Of a stretch of 64,000 bases of DNA, positions 1 to 9,198 are shown piece after piece (within the stretch, counting starts at the first letter, position 1; each line of letters starts with the position of its first letter). Made by a program: the position numbers and the translations under genes. The notes beneath the pieces were generated by a model. It ran no database searches, was not told where the DNA came from, and saw only the letters and a program-made list of their open reading frames with translations. The DNA is from a virus (Duplodnaviria > Caudoviricetes): positions 210,242-274,241 of the IMG/VR virus record IMGVR_UViG_3300028048_000001. One strand, written 5' to 3'.

Positions 1-900
1 CACATCAGGATTAAATAAATCTATAGATGGTACATTTTTCATATATAATTTATATATTTTATTTTCTGTACTATCAGATCTTGATGGCGTTGCTGTAACA
101 TAATATGTTCTCCATACATCTCTAGCAGCAAAATCTATTAAACTCATATTAAGAAAATTTTGATGAGCTTCATCAAATACTTTAATTCCTATTTTAAGAG
201 TTTTAAATAATTTGCCAATAGATTCCCATCCATGTGTATTAGCATAACTTTGTAAAGTAGAATGGGTACAGAGATATAATGATTTATTCAATATTGTACT
301 TTTATTTTCCAATATTCTTGAAATCATTGGACCACCTTCTATCTTTACAATTTCAGAATCATCTATTGTTGTATATTCTTTTATTCTTTCTATCCATTGA
401 TCTAAAATACCTGTTTGTGCAGTAATTACTATAGTTCTTATTCCTAAGTAACTTATAGCAGCAGATATTACAAATGTCTTACCCTTTCCAGTAAATAAAT
501 TTAAAGCAAATTGTGATTTACCAGAATTTTTATAATATTTATCTTTACATAATACAAAATTTAAGGCTTCTATTTGTATATTATCTCTTGGAGGAATTTT
601 TAATTTAATAGGTTTTTTATTGTAAGAATATTCATAATTATGAATTATAGTAGAAGAAAATTCTTCTATATCCATATTAGAAGAAATTTTTCTTTTTACA
701 TAATCAACATCTATTCCTCTTGGTAAATATAATTTTCTATTATTTTTATCATAATAAATTCCAACATAATCTTTCTTAAATCTTAAAGGATCCCAGTTAG
801 AAAATTTATTTGTTAAAGTTGGATAATCTTCCCAGTTACAATCATTAATAACTATTGCAGAATTATGCAATACCATTTTATAGTCATCTATAGTTTTCAT
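1..900 (-). CDS. SF2 (DEAH) helicase, UvsW-like; runs off the window start
   Basis: Manual translation from ATG at 900 (MKTIDDYK...) gives Walker A LFTGKGKT, motif II VFDEAH and motif III TATP. Not in the ORF track because it is truncated. Confidence 0.88.
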   Translation of the reverse strand, partial: MKTIDDYKMVLHNSAIVINDCNWEDYPTLTNKFSNWDPLRFKKDYVGIYYDKNNRKLYLPRGIDVDYVKRKISSNMDIEEFSSTIIHNYEYSYNKKPIKLKIPPRDNIQIEALNFVLCKDKYYKNSGKSQFALNLFTGKGKTFVISAAISYLGIRTIVITAQTGILDQWIERIKEYTTIDDSEIVKIEGGPMISRILENKSTILNKSLYLCTHSTLQSYANTHGWESIGKLFKTLKIGIKVFDEAHQNFLNMSLIDFAARDVWRTYYVTATPSRSDSTENKIYKLYMKNVPSIDLFNPDV

Positions 901-920
901 AATTAATCCTTTAATAAAAA

Positions 921-950
921 TATAAGGGAAGTATTATAACTTCCCTTATA
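921..950. terminator. Intrinsic terminator hairpin
   Basis: TATAAGGGAAGT...ACTTCCCTTATA inverted repeat flanked by A/T tracts. Confidence 0.7.
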
Positions 951-966
951 TTAATTTTTATTTATT

Positions 967-3078
967 TTAATTATCACAATCATTAGGTTCTTCATTATCT
1001 ATAAAATATATAGCATCTCTCATTTTATTAACTTCATTATCTTCAATCATATTATATTTATCTGAAATCATATCATTATTTTCTAAATAATTTTGAGGTT
1101 TTTCCATAAAATATAAATCAAATACTGACGGTTTTCTTTTTCTTGTAGATAATGGACTAATAAGAGTTTTACCTATTCTCTGATATTCAAGATTTACAGT
1201 AATAGAAGGACTATTATTTAATGCTGAACCTAATGTAAGAATTTTATATGGAGCATTTTTAATTGACCAATTTGGCATAGATAATATATCTTCTGGATCT
1301 CTCATTTGATTAGATACAATAGTTTCAAGATGAATAGCAGAAATATCAATACCACCATCCATATTAGCAGTAATAAATTCTTTAACTATTTCATCTTTTG
1401 TATAACTACTAGTATCTTTTTCTCTATTAATAATATTTTTTGATCTTTCTAGAGTTCTTTGTAATTCTTTATTTTGAATTTTTACAGTAAATACAACAGG
1501 AATATTTTTTAATTGGTCTAATGGTATAATATAAATACCATCATCATTTTCTTTTGTTTTCTTTGATCTTAATAATTTATTTAAATCTTCTGTAAGATAA
1601 ATATTGTCTTCTTCAGATGTATGGAAAGTAATAATATTTCCATTTGGATATCTAATATCAAACGATGGAGTATATTCTTCATACTGAATAGTAGAGTCTT
1701 CTGAATCATCTTCATCATCTGACGTAAATTTATTTGAATCTAATATCATATAATATCCATCTAATTCTACATCTTCTTGTATAGATATCATATTAAGATT
1801 TAATTCAAAAATATCAAAAAATTCAGAATTCCATTTCATTTCAATTACAGAAGATTCTAGTAAATGCTTTGCTGATAAAAGCATCTGTGTATATTTTGAA
1901 GATAATAATTCTGCTGCTATTTTACCAGGGTTAATATCTCTATTTACATAATAAAGATCGCCATAGCATTTCTTGCAAATTCCATTTCCATGAGCATAAG
2001 ATGCACATGTAATTGGAGATCTAAAATATAATGTCTGACCAATTAAATGATAATCTCTGTCTTTATCTAATAAATAATCAATACCTTCTGGATTAAATTT
2101 ATAATATCTTTTATCATATTTAGATAACCAATTAGAATCTTTAATAAATACTTTAATAAAATTTTTTGTATCACAAGAATATTCTGAATCTGGATTAAAG
2201 AATGTATCAAGATTATTAGTTTCAAGTAATCTTGCAAAAGCTCCAGATGTACCAACATTCATTTTTTGTAATATCTGTGCTGTTCTTCCAACAGATGAAT
2301 CTATAACATAAGATTCTGGATTAGATACACCACCATTCATAAATGAATTATTAATAATATATGGAAATATACCACCATGCCCATCTGGTTTAGTACCAAT
2401 ATTTACAGATACTTCTTTAAACTGCTTTGGAGATATTGCTTCTTGTGATATAAATGAATCTCTTAAACAATGATCATTATTTTTAATATAATTAATTTGA
2501 GTTTGAGTATATTTCATTCCAATATCTTTTACATCTTCAATCGGAACGTTAGATAAATCTGCATGTATAGATTGATTAAATTCTGGATATTTTTCCATTA
2601 AATCTAATGTATCTTTAAAATTTACTGTATTTGATAAATACATAGCAAATTCATCTATATATTTAAATTTATAAATAGTTTCATCAATAAGATTGTTTAA
2701 TGTAATAAAATCTACATCTTTTGAATGTAATTTTATTAACATATTAAAATATTCTTTTATAGTACGTTTAGTTATTTGTCTTGTATCTATTAAATGAATT
2801 ACTGTAATAGGATCTTTTATATAAATAGGAAAAGTCCAAAAGATTAATTGAAAATAAAATTCTGGAATTGTTAATCTCAAATAATTTCCATCATCTAAAT
2901 GAATTCCTATTTTAAGAGATTGTACTTCTGGATCTTCTATACCATCTCTCATAATATTAAGTAATCCATTAAAATAATCAACATAATTTTTAGGAGTTAT
3001 ATCTTTTGTATATAAATCCATATATTTGTTTTGAATAAGTGTAACAAATGGTCCATAATTTTCAAAGTATTCTACCAT
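967..3078 (-). CDS. Phage multisubunit RNA polymerase beta' C-terminal subunit (phiKZ gp74-like, probably non-virion)
   Basis: Zn site RSPITC...GICKKCYG, trigger-loop-like TQMLLSAKH, IHLETIV motif. Lies next to an SF2 helicase, as in phiKZ-like phages. Confidence 0.85.
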   Translation of the reverse strand: MVEYFENYGPFVTLIQNKYMDLYTKDITPKNYVDYFNGLLNIMRDGIEDPEVQSLKIGIHLDDGNYLRLTIPEFYFQLIFWTFPIYIKDPITVIHLIDTRQITKRTIKEYFNMLIKLHSKDVDFITLNNLIDETIYKFKYIDEFAMYLSNTVNFKDTLDLMEKYPEFNQSIHADLSNVPIEDVKDIGMKYTQTQINYIKNNDHCLRDSFISQEAISPKQFKEVSVNIGTKPDGHGGIFPYIINNSFMNGGVSNPESYVIDSSVGRTAQILQKMNVGTSGAFARLLETNNLDTFFNPDSEYSCDTKNFIKVFIKDSNWLSKYDKRYYKFNPEGIDYLLDKDRDYHLIGQTLYFRSPITCASYAHGNGICKKCYGDLYYVNRDINPGKIAAELLSSKYTQMLLSAKHLLESSVIEMKWNSEFFDIFELNLNMISIQEDVELDGYYMILDSNKFTSDDEDDSEDSTIQYEEYTPSFDIRYPNGNIITFHTSEEDNIYLTEDLNKLLRSKKTKENDDGIYIIPLDQLKNIPVVFTVKIQNKELQRTLERSKNIINREKDTSSYTKDEIVKEFITANMDGGIDISAIHLETIVSNQMRDPEDILSMPNWSIKNAPYKILTLGSALNNSPSITVNLEYQRIGKTLISPLSTRKRKPSVFDLYFMEKPQNYLENNDMISDKYNMIEDNEVNKMRDAIYFIDNEEPNDCDN

Positions 3079-3207
3079 TTTATTTCTCCTTTTCTGTATA
3101 AGGTGCCAATACCTTATATATTTAAGTTTTTCAATTTATAAATTTCAAATTTAAATATTTACTACATATCAAAATTATAATATATTTATAAAAAATAATT
3201 TATAAAT

Positions 3208-3239
3208 ATAGAAGAAGGAGATTTTTCTCCTTCTTCTAT
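3208..3239. terminator. Intrinsic terminator hairpin
   Basis: ATAGAAGAAGGAGA-tttt-TCTCCTTCTTCTAT. Confidence 0.75.
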
Positions 3240-3251
3240 TATAAGTATTAA

Positions 3252-3479
3252 TCAAAACCATTCTACTTTGTCTGGTTGTTGTTCATGAATAAATCCGCAA
3301 TCTTTTCCTGTATCAATATCAACAATTCTAATTCCTGTTGTTGGTAATCCTAATCTTTTAGCATTAAAATATTCTTGAGATTTATATATTATATCTCCTC
3401 CAATTGGATAATAATCTGCGTTTTCATGACAAAGTTCTCTTAATTTTTCAATCAGATTCTGTTTAGTTTCTAAAAACAT
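3252..3479 (-). CDS. Hypothetical protein
   Basis: 75-aa ORF with AGGAG SD. Confidence 0.7.
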   Translation of the reverse strand: MFLETKQNLIEKLRELCHENADYYPIGGDIIYKSQEYFNAKRLGLPTTGIRIVDIDTGKDCGFIHEQQPDKVEWF

Positions 3480-3500
3480 TTTTATTTTCTCCTTTTAATA

Positions 3501-4331
3501 TTATTTATCAATATATATTCCTGATAAAGAATCTTTTAATACTTTAACAAATGCTTTATAATTTTTACTATTGCTATCTGGAATAGCAAATATAATATTT
3601 GTAAAATTATATTTTTCTGATAATAAATATTCTTTAAATAAATGTGCTACTTCTTCAGGATTTTGTCTAAATACTCCACATCCAAAAGCTCCTAAAATAA
3701 GAGTTTTTAAATTTTCTGTTTCTGCAATATCTAGTACAAATTTAATTCTGTTAGATAATGCAACAGTATTAAATTTTTCTAATATAATTGCATCAGCATT
3801 TCTAATATTAGGTGCAGCTACAGTAATAACTGCTACATTTATAATATTTTTATTTTCTCTTAGAAACATTATATTTGGACTATAAATTCCTCTATCTAAA
3901 TAGATAAAATTTATAGTTGGATTCATTTTACATTCATATCTATTTGCTAAATAATAAGTATTACTAAAGGATTTTAAAGTTTCATATAAATTGCTTTCAT
4001 GACATAATGCTTCTTCTTGTGCAGAAGAACCTTTTAAAAACATTCCACCTGGATATTTAAAAGAAGCAAAATTTAATATTCCAATGTTACTGTAAAAATT
4101 GTTAATCATATATAATGCAGATACTGTATCTGTATCTAAAATCTGAATAATAGGTTTGATTCCTGTTTCAGATCTTTTACACATTTCTGGTGTATATATT
4201 TTAGAATTAGCAATAGATATATTTGTTATATCTTGATAATTTTCTTTTATCATTTTATGATGATTTTTAGCTTTTTCTGCTAATTCTAATTTGTATAGAT
4301 CACTATTTTTTGTTCTAAAAACAAAATTCAT
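3501..4331 (-). CDS. TIGR02452/DUF2263-family microbial poly(ADP-ribose) glycohydrolase (macrodomain)
   Basis: LNFAS..PGGMFLKGSSAQEEALC and ILGAFGCGVF signatures. Confidence 0.9.
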   Translation of the reverse strand: MNFVFRTKNSDLYKLELAEKAKNHHKMIKENYQDITNISIANSKIYTPEMCKRSETGIKPIIQILDTDTVSALYMINNFYSNIGILNFASFKYPGGMFLKGSSAQEEALCHESNLYETLKSFSNTYYLANRYECKMNPTINFIYLDRGIYSPNIMFLRENKNIINVAVITVAAPNIRNADAIILEKFNTVALSNRIKFVLDIAETENLKTLILGAFGCGVFRQNPEEVAHLFKEYLLSEKYNFTNIIFAIPDSNSKNYKAFVKVLKDSLSGIYIDK

Positions 4332-4592
4332 ATTATTTCTCCTTTTTTTGATAATAAAAATAATTTTATTTAGAAAATAGTATATAATGAATATATTATT
4401 TTGAATTTTTACAATATTCTCCTTTCTTATATTATATAATATTGAATCAGTATTATAATATCTTTTTAAAAATAAAAATAGTTATATGGTTTTTAAAAAT
4501 ATTTTTTATTTTTTCTTCAGAAAAAATGAAAATACCCCATTGGGTTATTATTCCATATGACGTTTATTAACTATTCATTATTAATATACATC

Positions 4593-4830
4593 ATACTATT
4601 ATTATTAATATTATTTTTATTATTACATTTAGACTAACAAATACTATTATTATTAATATTATTTTTATTATTACATTTAGACTAACAAATACTATTATTA
4701 TTAATATTATTTTTATTATTACATTTAGACTAACAAATACTATTATTATTAATATTATTTTTATTATTACATTTAGACTAACTAATACTATTATTATTAA
4801 TATTATTTTTATTATTATATTTAGACTAAT
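4593..4830. repeat. Tandem repeat, ~5 x 48 bp, in an extremely AT-rich intergenic region
   Basis: Unit ATACTATTATTATTAATATTATTTTTATTATTACATTTAGACTAACAA starts at 4593, 4641, 4689, 4737 and 4785; there are no spacers. Confidence 0.95.
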
Positions 4831-4927
4831 AATAATATTAAATTTAATATTATTATTATATTATATCATGGATATAATAACTAATTGAAAAATTTTTTAC
4901 TACCCCTATTTTTAGGATTTTATATAA

Positions 4928-4959
4928 AATAGGAGAGGACAAATAAGTCCTCTCCTATT
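4928..4959. terminator. Intrinsic terminator hairpin
   Basis: AATAGGAGAGGAC...GTCCTCTCCTATT just downstream of the 846-aa gene. Confidence 0.75.
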
Positions 4960-4969
4960 GAATATTATA

Positions 4970-7510
4970 TCAATTACCATCATCAGCATGATAGAAAAGT
5001 TCACCATCAAGTACATTTTCTGGTCTTGCAATATTTTCAGTAGTAGGAATATAGTCCAATAATTTATCATGATCCGGAAAGATTGTAATAAGCTTGATAA
5101 TATCTTCATTATCAAGATCTTCATTACCACTATATCTACTATAAGGATCCCATTCTGCTCTTTCAAAGTCATAAACAAATGCTTCTCCAGTAGCTGCTTC
5201 ATTTCTTACAAGATAATAATCTATAACAATATCATAGAGAATACTTCTAAGTCCACCAAAATATGTTTTATAATTGATTTCAATATCTTGATCTTCTATA
5301 GCAAAATATCTACCATAAATACATGATAATCCATCTTCTATATTAGTTCTTTGAAGATTCTCTATATAAGTTCTCCAAGAATCATAATTACCATCTTCTA
5401 AATAAGTTGGTAATTCTTCATCTCCTTCTATATATTCCATAACAGTTATATTGTTGATAGATGGAATATTATATTTAACAGTTTCCCAATATCCATAATT
5501 ATTGATTTTATTACCATATTCATCTCTTACATATTTATCTACAAAGATGAGCATTTGATTCATATCAATATCTTTAATTTCTAATGGATTTACTTTATAC
5601 CCGTTTATAAATATCATTGTTGTATATTTAGAAAATGGATATTTTGTTGGATATTCTTCTGTTAATTGTAATAATCCATCTTTTTCGATAGTGTCTAATC
5701 TATAACTCTCTTTAAGAATCATAGGGATATAAAATATATCTACATAATCTCCTTCATCTAATATTGTAGAGAGATATAAAATTAATTTATCGAAAGGTCT
5801 ATGTTTATTCATAATAGTAACAGTATATTCTGTTCTATCTATTTTTTTACCATTAATAAATATTAGATATCTATTTGGATCATGGCAGTAATTAAATTGT
5901 GTAGGAAGTATAATCTTAAATTGTCCATCTTTTTGTTTAAATCTATAATGTTTAAATTGTCTCTTTGGAACTATTTTAAGATTTTTTCCATAATAATATT
6001 CATTATCAAAAAATATTTTATAATATCCTTCTTTATTTTCTATTTTCTCAAAAGTATAATCTGGAATATATTGTTTTCTATGTTCTATACTATCTGGAAC
6101 ACTATAATCAGGATCAGCACAAGTTTCTGACATAATATACGCATCATCTAAATTATATTCTGGATGAATATATATTTCTTCATCAGATGAATTTACTTTA
6201 AGATCTAATACAAGATTATTACATTTTGTAAATAATATAAGCTCTACATGATCATCATCCATTATTCCAAATATTGGAATATTAATAATATTATTTGTAT
6301 AACTTATATCAATAGAATATTCATATAATTTACTATTCACAAAAACCATTGCTACATCTTGTATTGGATAATCATGTCTTCTTGATAAATGAATATATCC
6401 TTTATCATCAGACATATTTTTGTATTCTGATCCTTTATAAGTATATATTTTTATTGGCTCATCATTAAAAAACGATGTTCTCCAAAGTCTATAATCATAT
6501 TTACTTATATAATTAGCAGCATTAAATATATTTATATCATAATTGATTCCAAATTCATGATCAAAATCAAATTTTTCTATTAATCTTGCTACTTTGTTAT
6601 TCCAATCTTCAGAACCATATTCTACTGAATCTAATAATTCATGTATTTTATTTTCATCTAAATCTTCCATCCTATCATATAACGATGCTAATGATTTAGT
6701 ATGTGAAGTATTATATAATAAAATACATACACCTACTGAATCATTATTAATAACTTTAAATTTACCAAAATTACCATTGTATATATCACTAAAATATTCT
6801 GATGCATCATTATGTATAAATTTTCCATCTATATCAAATAATAAAATATTATCTAAAGATGGAATAAATCCTTTTGGAAGATCTGTAAATTCTATATTAC
6901 TAGAAAGATAATTTGATAAATCTATTTCTTTATAATATATATCATCATCAAGAATTTCTAATCTTACAATTATTTCTGCAAAATCAGCATCTACAAGTCT
7001 AGTTCTATCTTTTCCAAAATAAAAACCTTTTCTATCAGATACTCCAGCTAATATATCATCATCTTCGCCATATCTAATATGTTTAGATCCTATAGGAAAT
7101 ACTATCATATCTGTATAAAAAGAATAATCTGGACCATAATTATCTATTCTCATATAAGAATAATCATAATCATGAATAATAGTAATATCTGACCAAGGTA
7201 TTACTTCTCCATTAATAAATAATAAAAATGGCCATACTTTATCTTCATCAACAAGATCTTTAAGATTTCCTTGAAATACTGTATTTTTTATATCATTATC
7301 ATAACAGTATGGAATTTCTTTAACAGCATAGATATGTGTATTATCTTCCCAAAGATTATATTTATATCCATCATACCAATATTCAAATTGATAATTCATA
7401 TAAATATTTTTATTAATCATTGGACATAAATTTTTTTGTAATGCTTGAATTCTAGAGTAAGTATGATGTCTTAAAGTTTCTATTCTGTCAATAAACTTTT
7501 GTTCCATCAT
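4970..7510 (-). CDS. Large putative virion (baseplate/tail) structural protein
   Basis: 846 aa, acidic and beta-rich, with repeated 'FING/FVNS' motifs; lies in a late-type operon. Confidence 0.55.
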   Translation of the reverse strand: MMEQKFIDRIETLRHHTYSRIQALQKNLCPMINKNIYMNYQFEYWYDGYKYNLWEDNTHIYAVKEIPYCYDNDIKNTVFQGNLKDLVDEDKVWPFLLFINGEVIPWSDITIIHDYDYSYMRIDNYGPDYSFYTDMIVFPIGSKHIRYGEDDDILAGVSDRKGFYFGKDRTRLVDADFAEIIVRLEILDDDIYYKEIDLSNYLSSNIEFTDLPKGFIPSLDNILLFDIDGKFIHNDASEYFSDIYNGNFGKFKVINNDSVGVCILLYNTSHTKSLASLYDRMEDLDENKIHELLDSVEYGSEDWNNKVARLIEKFDFDHEFGINYDINIFNAANYISKYDYRLWRTSFFNDEPIKIYTYKGSEYKNMSDDKGYIHLSRRHDYPIQDVAMVFVNSKLYEYSIDISYTNNIINIPIFGIMDDDHVELILFTKCNNLVLDLKVNSSDEEIYIHPEYNLDDAYIMSETCADPDYSVPDSIEHRKQYIPDYTFEKIENKEGYYKIFFDNEYYYGKNLKIVPKRQFKHYRFKQKDGQFKIILPTQFNYCHDPNRYLIFINGKKIDRTEYTVTIMNKHRPFDKLILYLSTILDEGDYVDIFYIPMILKESYRLDTIEKDGLLQLTEEYPTKYPFSKYTTMIFINGYKVNPLEIKDIDMNQMLIFVDKYVRDEYGNKINNYGYWETVKYNIPSINNITVMEYIEGDEELPTYLEDGNYDSWRTYIENLQRTNIEDGLSCIYGRYFAIEDQDIEINYKTYFGGLRSILYDIVIDYYLVRNEAATGEAFVYDFERAEWDPYSRYSGNEDLDNEDIIKLITIFPDHDKLLDYIPTTENIARPENVLDGELFYHADDGN

Positions 7511-8478
7511 GCATTTTCACTCCCTACTCTCAATAATTCATTAGTGAATATTGTAAAATTCTTTCCTACAATTTTTTCAATAGTATTTTGTTGATTTAAA
7601 TATGCACCAACATAAGTATCAGTAAGCATCTCAGCAAATGGAACAAAACAATCTAAAGCAAAGAAAGTATTTGGACCATAAGAATACATCCAGCGTTGAA
7701 CAAATGATTCTGTAGTTAATTTTGCTCTATTTTTAGGACTTATTTGTGTATTGTCTTGATCTAAAAATACTTCTGCAAATTTACTAAGAAATTTATCAAA
7801 TGTAGTTTCTTTACTGATACAAGAATTAAAAAGAATATGAAGATGATCGCATATTCTTTTCTCTTTTATTCCAGATACATTTTTTGATAAATTGTATGTG
7901 GTTTCTCCATTATCTTTTCCTATTACACATATTTGATAATATTCAGCTAAAGCAAAACTCATCCTTTCTTTATTATCATTATATGTAACAGGTACTTTTA
8001 AATATCCTAATACATAAAGCATTAGGTCTACAAAAGCTTCAGTAGAGGATTTCATTAAAGTATTATTTGACATAATAACTTTTGGTATATTATAATATAC
8101 AACATAAGTCATAGCTGTAATTAAATATGATATTAAGGTACCGATTTTTTTAATTTTATATTCATTATTTTCATATGTAATTACACCTGTACAATCAATA
8201 AATACTTTCTTTTTACTATTTTTTCCTTCTTTAGGATCTATAGAATAAATTACTTTAAAAGCTCTTGATACTCCTTTTTGATCAATCATTAATACTACTT
8301 TATTACTTAATAGAACTTTTACTAATATTGGAGAAACAGCTTGTCTTTTTACATCATATATAATATCTGTAAAAGTTTCATTTTCTTTATTTACTCTATG
8401 TGCACCAATTAGATAAGCTGTTAATGGCTTATCATAATCTATTTTATCATAAAAGCAGGAATCAGAAAGAACTTTCAT
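7507..8478 (-). CDS. Hypothetical protein (possibly virion-associated)
   Basis: 323-aa ORF with GGAGG SD, coupled to the downstream gene by an ATGA overlap. Confidence 0.6.
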   Translation of the reverse strand: MKVLSDSCFYDKIDYDKPLTAYLIGAHRVNKENETFTDIIYDVKRQAVSPILVKVLLSNKVVLMIDQKGVSRAFKVIYSIDPKEGKNSKKKVFIDCTGVITYENNEYKIKKIGTLISYLITAMTYVVYYNIPKVIMSNNTLMKSSTEAFVDLMLYVLGYLKVPVTYNDNKERMSFALAEYYQICVIGKDNGETTYNLSKNVSGIKEKRICDHLHILFNSCISKETTFDKFLSKFAEVFLDQDNTQISPKNRAKLTTESFVQRWMYSYGPNTFFALDCFVPFAEMLTDTYVGAYLNQQNTIEKIVGKNFTIFTNELLRVGSENA

Positions 8479-8509
8479 TTTAATGAATCCTCCATCAAAA
8501 TCAGAATAT

Positions 8510-8521
8510 TATATTAATGTT
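8510..8521 (-). promoter_or_regulatory. Late-type phage promoter AACA-N6-TA
   Basis: AACATTAATATA upstream of the 323-aa gene; matches the AR9 late consensus and recurs through the window. Confidence 0.55.
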
Positions 8522-8575
8522 TTTTATAACAACAAAAAGCCACTACTGATAATATCAGTAGTGGCTAATTTAAAA

Positions 8576-9166
8576 TTACATAGGTTGTATATCAGTAGAA
8601 GGAATACTTGGCATTGCTTTAGCAATTGCAACTTGATCAAAATAAAGTGTAGAATTATTATTAGCAAGAGCTATAATTTTAATTTTAAAACAAGCAGAAG
8701 ATTTATAAATACCATAAAAATCAGATATAAAAGAATATTCTACATATTTATTTATATCACCAATATTTATTCCTGTAATTGTTTTTGTTTCAAGTAAATC
8801 TCCTTCTATTTCATCAAGTGAATCATAATAATAAATTTCTATTTTTGCAAGTTCAATATTATCTATATTATTTGATTTCATCCTAATATTTACAGAAACA
8901 TTTCCAAAAGGAATTCCAGCAACAGATGTCTGAAATAAAATCTTATTTGTAGAAGGAGATGATATCATAATAGCAGAACCGTTATTTGCATATTCATCAA
9001 TAGTTTTAGTACCTTCTGTAATAGTAACAGATCCGCTGGTAATATCAGTAGTAGCATCTTCTGCATCTATAATTCTACCAGCTAAAGAAGATCCAGACTG
9101 AGTTTCGGGATAATATATATTTCCTTCCCAATCTTCTATTCTAATATTTCTTCTTTCAATAGCCAT
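8576..9166 (-). CDS. Putative virion accessory protein with a beta-sandwich/carbohydrate-binding-like domain
   Basis: 196-aa ORF downstream of the repeat fibre gene. Confidence 0.45.
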   Translation of the reverse strand: MAIERRNIRIEDWEGNIYYPETQSGSSLAGRIIDAEDATTDITSGSVTITEGTKTIDEYANNGSAIMISSPSTNKILFQTSVAGIPFGNVSVNIRMKSNNIDNIELAKIEIYYYDSLDEIEGDLLETKTITGINIGDINKYVEYSFISDFYGIYKSSACFKIKIIALANNNSTLYFDQVAIAKAMPSIPSTDIQPM

Positions 9167-9198
9167 GTTTTATTTATCTCCATAATATATTTTATTAA

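Noticed and set aside
4593-4830. CRISPR array
   Set aside because: The units are contiguous identical 48-mers with no unique spacers. The Cas4-like nuclease at 44 kb is a common stand-alone phage exonuclease.
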